A DNA stretch of 64,000 nucleotides, from NCBI GenBank assembly GCA_963663765.2, contig CAXXUA010000011.1:117491-181490 (forward strand). Direction: 5' to 3'. Below are positions 10,778-20,226 of the stretch, piece by piece. Numbering within the stretch: the stretch's first letter is position 1; every line of letters begins with the position of its first letter. This stretch comes from Candidatus Poribacteria bacterium (lineage in GTDB: Bacteria; Poribacteria; WGA-4E; WGA-3G). A model generated the notes under the pieces. That model was given only the letters and a program-made list of their open reading frames with translations. It ran no database searches and was not told the DNA's origin. Made by a program: the position numbers and the translations under genes.

Positions 10778-11404
10778 ATACCAATTCAAATAAATCTTGT
10801 CTCATTAAGGAATTCTACTGTTTACTGGCAGGTGGTTACTCTCTTCGGTAGGAGCGACCTCCCGGTCGCGACCGTGAGGTCGCTCCTACCAGATTTCCAC
10901 TGCTAATGAGACATTATCACATGAAAATGGTATTATACCAATTCAAATAAATCTTGTCTCATTAAGGAATTCTACTGTTTACTGGCAGGGGGTTACTCTC
11001 TTCGGTAGGAGCGACCTCCCGGTCGCGACCGTGAGGTCGCTCCTACCAGATTTCCGCTGCTAATGAGACATTATCACATGAAAATGGTATTTTACCAATT
11101 CAAATAAATCTTGTCTCATTAAGGAATTCTACTGTTTACTGGCAAGGGGTTACTCTCTTCGGTAGGAGCGACCTCCCGGTCGTGACCGTAAGGTTGCTCC
11201 TACCAGATTTCCGCTGCTAATGAGACATTATCACATGAAAATGGTATTTTACCAATTCAAATAAATCTTGTCTCATTAAGGAATTCTACTGTTTACTGGC
11301 AGTGGGTTACTCTCTTCGGTAGGAGCGACCTCCCGGTCGCGACCGTGATGTTGCTCCTACCAGATTTCCGCTGCTAATAAGACATTATCACATGAAAATG
11401 GTAT
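10778..11404. repeat. 4 tandem copies of a 157-bp palindromic MITE-like unit with central GTAG REP
   Basis: Units start at 10778, 10935, 11092, 11249; ends ATACCAATTCA/TGAAAATGGTAT; inner TGTCTCATTA/TAATGAGACA; core GGTAGGAGCGACCTC...GAGGTCGCTCCTACC. Confidence 0.95.
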
Positions 11405-11445
11405 TATATAGTACTTGTGACAAGACTCTAAATTTACTTTCTATA

Positions 11446-11600
11446 CAGGTTTTACGCAGTTTACATGATCCAACCAAGAATGATGGCGAAAATGAGGTAA
11501 GTTTCAGCAGTTTTTTAGTTTCCAGTACCCATCAAGAAATCAACGGTATGAATGCAATTTAGGTATTCACACTCGCCTAACGTTTAGTTCGTAATTCCTG
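11446..11600. mobile_element. Degenerate CAGGACTTACGCA-type MITE overlapping the ybeY 3' end
   Basis: Ends CAGGTTTTACGCA and TTCGTAATTCCTG; interior matches the reverse complement of 15895-16052. Confidence 0.65.
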
Positions 11601-12033
11601 ATACAGATAACTCATGTAGGATAGAATTCTGTTTATCAAACATTATTGTAGCTTCTTCAGCCGTTTGATGGTCATATCCCAGCAAGTGCAGTACGCCGTG
11701 AACAGTCAAGAGTGTTACCTCATTTTCAAGTGAATGGTCAGCTTTCAGTGCTTGCCGTTCCGCGGTTTCCATAGAGATGACAACATCTCCAAGGATATCG
11801 GAATTCATCAAATCTGAATCTTTACCTTCAAGTTGAGAAAATGCTAATACATCTGTAGGTGAATTGATGCCACGATAATCACGGTTCAATTCTGTTATAC
11901 ATGAATCGCCTGTTAACAATATACTTACTTCTTTGTCAACTTTCTCATGTGCGTTTAAAGTAACTAAAACAGATTGATAGACAATGTCAACATCAAAAAA
12001 ACTATAATTACTGACATTAGTAATATCTATCAC
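11584..12033 (-). CDS. ybeY: rRNA maturation RNase YbeY
   Basis: LNRDYRG..SPTDVLAF, LGDVVIS, HGVLHLLGYDH. Confidence 0.96.
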   Translation of the reverse strand: MIDITNVSNYSFFDVDIVYQSVLVTLNAHEKVDKEVSILLTGDSCITELNRDYRGINSPTDVLAFSQLEGKDSDLMNSDILGDVVISMETAERQALKADHSLENEVTLLTVHGVLHLLGYDHQTAEEATIMFDKQNSILHELSVSGITN

Positions 12034-13049
12034 ACCTCTTTTCCTTCAGATTTCTCATCAAATTCAGCCACTAAAGGTTTATTGTTTGCGATTGATGAAT
12101 TTTCATAAGCCTCAATAATACGTTGAACTAATTCATGACGTACAACGTCAACTCTTGTAAAATAAATAAATTGTATACCATTAATTCCTGAAAGTACTTC
12201 TTGGGCATCAGCGAGTCCAGAAATTTTATGAGTAGGCAGATCGGTCTGTGTAATGTCTCCAGTGATGACTGCTTTTGAATCAAACCCGAGTCGTGTTAGG
12301 AACATCTTCATTTGCTCAATAGTAGCATTCTGCGCTTCATCAAGTACTACAAAAGAATTGTTGAGTGTTCTCCCCCTCATAAAAGCAATCGGAGCGACTT
12401 CTATTATATTACGTTCAATATAATTGTCAAGAGTATCTGGAGGAATCATATCGTATAATGCATCATACAGGGGACGTAGATATGGATGTACCTTTGCAGC
12501 GATATCACCCGGTAGAAATCCGAGCCGTTCTCCTGCTTCCACTGCTGGTCGTGTCAAGATGATACGGCTTACTTCGCCCTTTTTTAGCGCAGATACAGCC
12601 ATCGCCATTGCCAAGTATGTTTTGCCCGTTCCTGCCGGACCAATACCAAACACAAGATCGTTATTTATGATCGCTTCAACATATCTTCTCTGTCCAGCAG
12701 TCTTAGGACGAATCGTACCGCGTTTAGAAAACACAGGAATAGATTCTGTAGGTTTTTTGTCTAATGTTTCTACACCATTTTCTGTTGTTACACGAATAGC
12801 GTAGTTGACATCAGTCGTTTGAATTCGTTCTCCTTTGCGGATACGATGGAGAAGCGATTCCAATACAGCTACGACCCTATTAACCTCTGATACGTTTTCG
12901 CCAAGCACAGCGATTCTATCGCTTTTTAAAACAACACGTACATTAAAAGCTTCTTCAATGATCTTTAAGAAAGCATCACTATGTCCAAATAGAACTTGAA
13001 CTTCAGCGTTGTTCTGTATAGGAACGCCTTTTGATTCTTGTTTTTGCAA
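12030..13049 (-). CDS. phoH: PhoH-like ATPase
   Basis: GPAGTGKT, RPAVEAGERLGFLPGD, RGRTL, DEAQN, VVRH. Confidence 0.96.
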   Translation of the reverse strand: MQKQESKGVPIQNNAEVQVLFGHSDAFLKIIEEAFNVRVVLKSDRIAVLGENVSEVNRVVAVLESLLHRIRKGERIQTTDVNYAIRVTTENGVETLDKKPTESIPVFSKRGTIRPKTAGQRRYVEAIINNDLVFGIGPAGTGKTYLAMAMAVSALKKGEVSRIILTRPAVEAGERLGFLPGDIAAKVHPYLRPLYDALYDMIPPDTLDNYIERNIIEVAPIAFMRGRTLNNSFVVLDEAQNATIEQMKMFLTRLGFDSKAVITGDITQTDLPTHKISGLADAQEVLSGINGIQFIYFTRVDVVRHELVQRIIEAYENSSIANNKPLVAEFDEKSEGKEV

Positions 13050-13169
13050 TCGGGTTTAATTCCTCCAAGAAAGTTATGTGTTGCAGCTAACACAATTGAG
13101 TAGGATTGTATAACGAAATAAATGATTTGATTATTATACAATTATATGTTGGCTAATACAAGCAGATTC

Positions 13170-13799
13170 TTACATACGTTCAAAGAACTTAACCTCGCGA
13201 ACTTTAGCCCCTTTCAATGGGGTGTGAACTTCATAGGCATAATCGTGTTCTTTTCTGTCTACCCGTTTCTTATTTTTAAAATCTTCAATGCCCTCTGCAG
13301 TTAGACGTAAATATAAGACCTTCTGTCTAATATCAAATCGCACTACTTGATAGTTCTTTATGTTTGAATGACGTTTTTCTCGGACTTCAACAAATGAATT
13401 TCTCCATGTCGGTGATTTTTCTTCGGCTGAGAAATCAATAGCAAGTTTTGGAATATCAGAACCTGAGTGAATTTCAATATATGCGATATAGGTGGGTTTA
13501 TCAAGTTTGATCAGTGTATTAGTTTTCAGAGAACCATCAAGAATTACCTTGTATTTCTTTGGATTTGCATTGTAAACAGCGGAATTTCGCTCAAAAAAGA
13601 CTTTCCGAATTTTTCCCTTAGATCGAAACGTACCCACTGTTTCTAATTTACCATCAACCATTTCTGGATTCGTAGTACAAGATAACCGTGATGGAACTAC
13701 TTCTACAACTGGTGAATTTGACAGTAATGCACATCCTGTCAGACTCAATTGAACAAATAATAACGCAATAAAACTTATACTCGCAATTTTATTGCCCAT
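13170..13799 (-). CDS. Hypothetical lipoprotein, paralog of the adjacent gene
   Basis: Lipobox LTGC; shares C.TNPE.VDG..ET and PL.GA..REVKF with 13789-14430. Confidence 0.75.
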   Translation of the reverse strand: MGNKIASISFIALLFVQLSLTGCALLSNSPVVEVVPSRLSCTTNPEMVDGKLETVGTFRSKGKIRKVFFERNSAVYNANPKKYKVILDGSLKTNTLIKLDKPTYIAYIEIHSGSDIPKLAIDFSAEEKSPTWRNSFVEVREKRHSNIKNYQVVRFDIRQKVLYLRLTAEGIEDFKNKKRVDRKEHDYAYEVHTPLKGAKVREVKFFERM

Positions 13800-14430
13800 A
13801 GAATTTAACCTCACGAATTGATGCGCCAGTTAGTGGTACGCGTATTCGTGCATCTTTGTCTTTAAGTTTTTGTTCCGATTGTTTTTGGTACTTAACTTTT
13901 TCTGGTAGAATCTCACGGATGGCGTTTTGCTTATCTTCAATACCATCTGCTGCCAATCGTAAGTAAAGAAGTTCACGATTGATTTGGATTCTGATGGATT
14001 GTTTATTCTCTAAGGTTGTATGAAGCTTATCGTGTACCACTTCAAATGATGTGTCAAAATTTGGTGGGTCTTCCAAAGTTGTCATGAGTGATACATTCGG
14101 GACACGAGATTCTGGATATATCTCTATGTATGAAACATAAATTGGAGAATTCAGTTTAATAACTGCAAATGTACGACGGCTACCTTCAACTTGTGTTATA
14201 TATTTTCTTGTACCACTACTAACAGAATTTCCTTCATAGAATGTTTGATACCTTTTTTCAAGGTGACCATGTATAGCAAAAGCACTTGCAGTTTCAATAT
14301 TTCCATCAACAAATTCAGGATTAGTTTCACAAGTTAAGTGCAATGGAGCAATTTCAAAAATTGGTTGGTTCAGAACAGCACATCCAATTATACCAATAAG
14401 TAAGAGAAAAAAAGTGGTTAAAATTCTCAT
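13789..14430 (-). CDS. Hypothetical lipoprotein
   Basis: GGAG RBS, signal peptide with IIGC lipobox. Confidence 0.75.
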   Translation of the reverse strand: MRILTTFFLLLIGIIGCAVLNQPIFEIAPLHLTCETNPEFVDGNIETASAFAIHGHLEKRYQTFYEGNSVSSGTRKYITQVEGSRRTFAVIKLNSPIYVSYIEIYPESRVPNVSLMTTLEDPPNFDTSFEVVHDKLHTTLENKQSIRIQINRELLYLRLAADGIEDKQNAIREILPEKVKYQKQSEQKLKDKDARIRVPLTGASIREVKFYGQ

Positions 14431-14600
14431 GTGATTTCTCCATATTTGATTAAAAATGTTTATACAACCTACCCCACAAATCGTGGGAGGGGCTTCTACC
14501 CCATTTTACAGGACACGCGATTCTGTGAATTTGGACAAAATTGCATTTATGAGATACGTTGTACATTTAGGTTGAAAATGTAAATAATAACTCTTTTTGT

Positions 14601-15656
14601 TCAAGGAAATAGGGGCGATGGAATATCAACATTATACCGTTTAGCAGCTTCCAATAACTTTTCCCATGTAGGTTCCTCTATTGGAATACCTTCTTTTAAT
14701 CGTTTTTCTCGACTACGTTGTTCAAAGTCACCTGGTAGATAAATTTCGTCAACATCTGGTAATCTTGCAGAGGACTTAACCCACTCCACAAGATATTCAA
14801 TTTCCTGTTCATAGTCTTGTAATTCAATAAAGTCCTTTATATTAATTGCAAACATCACGATACCGCTTGCACCACGTGTGGGTTTCTCGCGACTACATCC
14901 TGCCCATGAGAGTCCTCCTGCAATTGCATCTATCATCACACCAAGTCCAAAACCTTTGTGTCCAAACTGAAAACCACCAAGTGGCATTACTGCTGAATCT
15001 TGTGGTCTTTCGCGAAACACATTAGGATCTGTAATTGAATTACCATCAGTATCAATCATCCATCCCTCAGGTATAGATTCACCACGTGCGGATTGCACCA
15101 AAAATTTCCCTCCCGCAACAACACTAAGGGTCATATCTAACAACAAGGGTTCACCGTTTGCACGAGGTACTGAAATAGCAATCGGATTCGGTGGAAGTCT
15201 TCTTGAAGTTCCTCCGTGAGGATGCATGAACCTTCCACCTCCATTCAGCAAGACAATCCCTATCATTCCTGCACGCGCAGCAATGGGTGGATATTCTCCC
15301 ATTCGACCAGCATGTCCACAGCGATGCAGTCCCACTGCACCAATGGTGCAGTGTTGTGCTTTTTTGACTGCTAACTCCATACCCCTTCGTGCTGCCACCA
15401 TACCCAGCGCGCCGTTCACATTTATTACCGTAGCTGCCCCACTCTCTCTAACAATCTCCATTTTGTCGGATGCTGGTCCATGTGCCATTCCACCGATGTA
15501 ATTGGTCGCGTTAATCACACCATGAGAATCGTGTCCTGCTAAATTTGAATCAACCACATGATTACTGACAATACGCGCATCTTCTTCAGTTCCACCCGCA
15601 CCCAAATAAATATTATAGACAAATTTCCTCAAAATAGTGTGAGATACTATCGGCAT
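14601..15656 (-). CDS. Ldh_2 (malate/L-lactate/sulfolactate dehydrogenase-like) oxidoreductase
   Basis: GHDSHG, HAGRMG, NPIA, LDM, GHKGFGL, YLPG. Confidence 0.9.
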   Translation of the reverse strand: MPIVSHTILRKFVYNIYLGAGGTEEDARIVSNHVVDSNLAGHDSHGVINATNYIGGMAHGPASDKMEIVRESGAATVINVNGALGMVAARRGMELAVKKAQHCTIGAVGLHRCGHAGRMGEYPPIAARAGMIGIVLLNGGGRFMHPHGGTSRRLPPNPIAISVPRANGEPLLLDMTLSVVAGGKFLVQSARGESIPEGWMIDTDGNSITDPNVFRERPQDSAVMPLGGFQFGHKGFGLGVMIDAIAGGLSWAGCSREKPTRGASGIVMFAINIKDFIELQDYEQEIEYLVEWVKSSARLPDVDEIYLPGDFEQRSREKRLKEGIPIEEPTWEKLLEAAKRYNVDIPSPLFP

Positions 15657-15894
15657 ACATACTCCTCTATGCAATTAAATCTTCTCATGTGTGGTGTGAT
15701 GACATATATCATTTGTTACACAATTTTAAAGCAGGTGCATATATAATGCAACCACTGATATTTGATTCTCCAAATTGTGAAATTACTTCCACCCAATTTA
15801 AAAATAATAGGAATGTTTTCTAACCCCGATTTAACAGACACACGATCCGGTGAATTTGGATAAAACCGCATTTATGAGATCCACTGTATTTCTT

Positions 15895-16052
15895 CAGGAC
15901 TTACGCAAAAACTGTAGGCGGTGAATGCCTAAATGGCATTCATACCGTTGATTTGGTGCTTTGTAAGCGCGCTGGAAACCCATAAAAACGCTGATAATTG
16001 CATCATTTTCGTCATAATTCTTGATTAAATCAAGAAAACTGCGTAAGTCCTA
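15895..16052. mobile_element. CAGGACTTACGCA-type MITE with REP arm and 36-nt insertion
   Basis: TIRs CAGGACTTACGCA/TGCGTAAGTCCTA; near-identical to 22617-22738 apart from the insert at 15920-15955. Confidence 0.85.
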
Positions 16053-16113
16053 TTCTAATGTAAATTTAAGTATAGCATATTTACACAGAATACACAATGT
16101 AACAGACTGATAA

Positions 16114-16932
16114 TCAATTTTGACGAAATCCTGTTTCTGTTCTGAACCAATTTATTCCTTGGTCTGGTTCTCGGAAGGGAATATTTCTTCCCAAAAGTTG
16201 TTTAAGAATATCACTTTCACCAGATAAAGTATCTTCACTTAACTGTCTTGCCATATCCTCTTGTGGATATATCACAGACCGATTATACATACCGAGTAAC
16301 CCAATTCTTGAACTGTCAGTTGAATTCGGAAGACATTGATGCCAGATTGATCCGTTTGTGAACAGAATTGAACCCTGGGGTGCGGTTGCAGCATGCATCT
16401 CAAGTCCTTCTGCCTCTCCCAATTTTGGTCTACGAAGCGTTTTGTGAGAACCAGCAATACAAGCAGTTGCACCATTTTCTCCAGTGAAATCATCTAACAT
16501 CCACACAGTTTGACCAGTTAGAAAACCCAATGGATACGGTTGTTGCATTGACCAATAAGGATAGTCAACATGCCACCCACCTTGTGGTGCACCAGGACCA
16601 ACAATATTAGCTGTGAATGTAGATGCTATCACATCTTCACCAAGCATCCGCTTCCAGACTGCAACTACAGTGGGATGTTGAATAAGTCTACGGAAGATCG
16701 GTGATTTCCCAACAATTCCCCAGACACGTCGGATCTTACCATTTCCATAAGTATGGTCTCGACCATTATCAATGTCCTCCTCAACCAATTCCAAAATTAC
16801 TTCACGTGCTTCATCCGCTTCTTGCTTTGAAATTACATTCTCAATAATATGAAAACCTACTTCACGCAGATCATGTTCAACATTATCAAGTTGTTCTGAG
16901 TTTAATGCAGACTTAATTTGCAATATTTCCAC
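16114..16932 (-). CDS. Phytanoyl-CoA dioxygenase (PhyH) family 2OG-Fe(II) oxygenase
   Basis: WHVD, LDDFTGENGAT..IAGSH, IWH...N.TDSSR. Confidence 0.9.
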   Translation of the reverse strand: MEILQIKSALNSEQLDNVEHDLREVGFHIIENVISKQEADEAREVILELVEEDIDNGRDHTYGNGKIRRVWGIVGKSPIFRRLIQHPTVVAVWKRMLGEDVIASTFTANIVGPGAPQGGWHVDYPYWSMQQPYPLGFLTGQTVWMLDDFTGENGATACIAGSHKTLRRPKLGEAEGLEMHAATAPQGSILFTNGSIWHQCLPNSTDSSRIGLLGMYNRSVIYPQEDMARQLSEDTLSGESDILKQLLGRNIPFREPDQGINWFRTETGFRQN

Positions 16933-17078
16933 CTTTTTTGATGTTTATGAAAAAGATTTCAAAAAGCAACTCACAAATTACCAAGGGAAAAGAAAAAGCA
17001 TTATAAATTATTGACAGATTGTTTTCTTGTTTGTTAATTTACATTTAATTCCTTAATTTATCAAGTAGAATCATGCAG

Positions 17079-17632
17079 AGGCATTCAATTGTCACTATAC
17101 ATCTTTGCGGGAGTGCTTTCCATCCCCGATTTCTGAATCATGTATGACGCGAAATGCACAAATCAAAAACCTTTGATGAGGTAAATCCTGAAAATCTGGA
17201 AATACCGGGGAATACCATAAGGCATTCATACCCGACGAATGCCATAGGCGCAATCGGCGTTGATTTGGGGGAATGCTTTATAGCATTCATACCGTTGATT
17301 TCTTGATTTGTCCATCCTGGTTCAGACGAACTATCTTCTCCGCGCAATCCGCGTAATCCGAGATTTCGCACCCACCCTCTTGTGGAAGGGGTTTCCAACC
17401 CCGATCCTTCATCCGGTAGGAGCGACCTCCTGGTCGCGACCGTATTCGGATTTATCGCAAAGCTGCTTTCTTAGAAAATGCTTATTCTATGCCAAGAAAC
17501 CTAATGAAGAGGTCTTATCCTGAAAATCTGTAAATCCTGTAAATCCTGGTTCAGACAAAAAAACAAGCAAAAAACCTAATGCAGAGGTCTTATCCTGAAA
17601 TCCTGAAAATCTGTAAATCCTGGTTCAGACAA
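17079..17632. repeat. Cluster of REP arms, GAATGC hairpins and 9-bp-period AATCCTG...GGTTCAGAC repeats
   Basis: GTGGAAGGGGTTTCCAACCCCGA, GTAGGAGCGACCTCCTGGTCGCGA, and duplicated AAACCTAATG.AGAGGTCTTATCCTGAAA...ATCCTGGTTCAGACAA. Confidence 0.8.
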
Positions 17633-17706
17633 GAAAACACATAAACCATGAACAAAAAACAAAAAAACCAAGCAAAAAAATAACAAACCCGAAAAATCTA
17701 CTTTAC

Positions 17707-17735
17707 TTGACAATAACACAATTATGTATTAGAAT
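17707..17735 (+). promoter_or_regulatory. sigma70 promoter for argJ
   Basis: TTGACA-17 nt-TAGAAT followed by AAGGAG RBS. Confidence 0.75.
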
Positions 17736-17764
17736 TACAAATAGAATATGCTAAGGAGCGAACG

Positions 17765-18970
17765 ATGAAACAAATTGATGGAGGAATAACCGCAGTCAAA
17801 GGAATACAAGCTGCAGGTATTCATGCAGGAATCAAAAAAACAGAAACGAAAGATATAGCACTAATCTATACCGAAAAACCCGCAATAGCAGCAGGTGTGT
17901 TCACCAAGAACAGTGTCACCGCTGCCCCTGTTTTGGTAAGTAGACATCATCTAAAAAATACCACTGCACAAGCAATTGTAATCAACAGTGGAAACGCAAA
18001 CGCTTGCACTGGTGAGATCGGATTAGAAAATGCATATCGTATGACAACTATTGTTGCAGAATGTATGGGTATAGATAAAGAACTTGTACTTGTTTCATCA
18101 ACAGGCGTTATTGGGCAGCAATTACCAATGGATAAGATTGAAAAGGGCATTCATTCTGTAGTAGATTCACTACACAGTGATGGCGGTGGAGATGCAGCTG
18201 AAGCAATCATGACAACAGACACACATCCAAAATCCGTTGCCATTGAAACAAAAATCGGTGGGAAACCTGTGAGAATCGGCGGAATTGCAAAAGGTTCAGG
18301 GATGCTCGCTCCGAATATGGCGACAATGCTCTCATACTTGACGACCGATGCACGGATAGATAGTAATTTGCTCCAATCAGCATTAAATACCGTCGTTGAT
18401 AATACATACAATCTATTAACAGTTGATACTGACAGAAGCACTAACGATACTGTGATTATATTAGCAACTGGAAATGCTGAACATTCAGAAATTGTTCAAA
18501 ACAATGGTGAGGATTACAAAGCGTTTTGTGAAGGCTTACAATTTGTCTGTACAGAATTAGTGAAAATGTTAGCAAGAGATGGTGAAGGCGCTACTAAACT
18601 TGTTGAAGTCGTCGTGGAACATGCAAAAAACAGAGAAGATGCTGAGAAAGCCGCACGTGCAGTTGCAGAATCACCACTCGTAAAGACCGCAGTCTTCGCA
18701 AATGACGCAAATTGGGGACGCATAATGATGGCTATCGGAAAATCGGGAGCCGAGTTTGATCCATACAAAGTAAACGTCCTACTCAATAATTATCCGCTCG
18801 TTCAAAATGGAATGGATGCAGGATACGATGAGAAAAAGGCTACACAATTATTTGACAATGACCCAGTACGGATTACAATTGATTTACAAGCAGGTAATGC
18901 TGACATCACAATGTGGACTTGCGATTATTCCTACGATTATATCCGCATCAATGCTGATTACAGAACATAA
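17765..18970 (+). CDS. argJ: Glutamate N-acetyltransferase ArgJ
   Basis: NSGNANACTG, STGVIG, IMTTDT, KGSGMLAPNMATML, STNDT, RDGEGATK, DANWGR, INADYRT. Confidence 0.98.
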   Translation: MKQIDGGITAVKGIQAAGIHAGIKKTETKDIALIYTEKPAIAAGVFTKNSVTAAPVLVSRHHLKNTTAQAIVINSGNANACTGEIGLENAYRMTTIVAECMGIDKELVLVSSTGVIGQQLPMDKIEKGIHSVVDSLHSDGGGDAAEAIMTTDTHPKSVAIETKIGGKPVRIGGIAKGSGMLAPNMATMLSYLTTDARIDSNLLQSALNTVVDNTYNLLTVDTDRSTNDTVIILATGNAEHSEIVQNNGEDYKAFCEGLQFVCTELVKMLARDGEGATKLVEVVVEHAKNREDAEKAARAVAESPLVKTAVFANDANWGRIMMAIGKSGAEFDPYKVNVLLNNYPLVQNGMDAGYDEKKATQLFDNDPVRITIDLQAGNADITMWTCDYSYDYIRINADYRT

Positions 18971-19057
18971 TTATCCAAATATTAACTGTTATCTCCGACA
19001 TTTACTAATGATAGAATTTCTTGTCGGAGGGATTTTCATCCCCGATTTGAGACGCTT

Positions 19058-20152
19058 ATGAATAGACACTCACAAAAACAGACACAACAGATGATATACT
19101 CAATATTCGTATTACCCGGCCTCGAAAATATTGCACGACAAGAAATTATAGCACGTTTCGGAGATACAAAAGGATTCAAAATCATAAACCGTAAACCCCA
19201 ACGTATCATTTTCCAATACACAGGAAACCCAAAAGATCTACTATCAATACGGACTGCAGAACAACTATTCCTCGTCATAAAACATCTACCAAATAGAACT
19301 CGTTCACGCAGCTCTTTATCACAAATGAAAAAATCTCTCATTCACTACAACTTTGACAAAGCATTGACATGTTGTCGGCAGGTAGGTATCAACATTAGAA
19401 AACGGACAACGTTTCGTGTTATCAGTCGCATGACTGGATTCCGAAATTTCCAAAAACGAGAAATGCAACAAGTCATTGAAAGATCCTTAATAGATCGTGG
19501 ATGGCATTTATCATCCTCAAAAACAGCACTAAATGTATGGATTGAAATGCACGGACAGGATGCATACATCAGCATTCGACTCTCTAATACTGAATTGGCT
19601 CAGCGATCTTACAAAAACGAACACGTTCCAAATACGCTAAAACCAACAATTGCTTCTGCTATGGTGCATCTATCACAACCACAACCAAACGATGTTTTCT
19701 TAGACCCTATGTGTGGTGCGGGAACTATATTGTTAGAACGCGCTTTCGCAGGTCGCTACCGCTTTCTGATTGGCGGTGACATCTCAACAAAAGCAATAAT
19801 GGCAACAAGAAAGAATTTTGGTAGACAGCATCAACCCCGACAGTTTATACATTGGGATGCACAAACTTTGCCTATACAACAAAATTCAATAGACAAAATT
19901 GTCTGTAACCTACCATCAATAACGGGTTATGAAAATCAACCGTATATAACTACTCTGTATAAGCGAGTCATATTGCAATGTGAAAATGTTCTGAAACCTG
20001 GTGGAAGAATGGTGCTATTCTCACAACAAGCAAATCTATTAGAAAAAATACTCAAAAGACAAGAACATGTGAGAACATACCAACAGGTTGGAATAAATAT
20101 AGGAGGGAAACAAGGTAGGATTTTTGTTGTTCAGAAATATAGTAGACTTTAG
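19058..20152 (+). CDS. THUMP-domain SAM-dependent RNA methyltransferase (Trm14/RlmL-like)
   Basis: PGLE N-terminus, THUMP region, LKPTIASAM, LDPMCGAGTILLE. Confidence 0.85.
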   Translation: MNRHSQKQTQQMIYSIFVLPGLENIARQEIIARFGDTKGFKIINRKPQRIIFQYTGNPKDLLSIRTAEQLFLVIKHLPNRTRSRSSLSQMKKSLIHYNFDKALTCCRQVGINIRKRTTFRVISRMTGFRNFQKREMQQVIERSLIDRGWHLSSSKTALNVWIEMHGQDAYISIRLSNTELAQRSYKNEHVPNTLKPTIASAMVHLSQPQPNDVFLDPMCGAGTILLERAFAGRYRFLIGGDISTKAIMATRKNFGRQHQPRQFIHWDAQTLPIQQNSIDKIVCNLPSITGYENQPYITTLYKRVILQCENVLKPGGRMVLFSQQANLLEKILKRQEHVRTYQQVGINIGGKQGRIFVVQKYSRL

Positions 20153-20178
20153 AATTAATTCGACATTATGTTAGGTAG

Positions 20179-20208
20179 AAAAAAAGGCGGAGAACAATTA
20201 CCCCGCCT
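20179..20208 (-). terminator. Probable intrinsic terminator after the Gfo pair
   Basis: AGGCGG...CCGCCT stem preceded by an A run (U tail on the minus strand) between convergent genes. Confidence 0.55.
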
Positions 20209-20226
20209 GATAACATACATTTTACT

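Noticed and set aside
10778-11404. Structured ncRNA or riboswitch tandem
   Set aside because: No recognisable riboswitch motif; TIR-like ends and REP core fit a mobile repeat better
17138-17523. Small ORFs at 17138-17523, also 37079-37273 and 41845-42051
   Set aside because: They are translations of REP/MITE DNA
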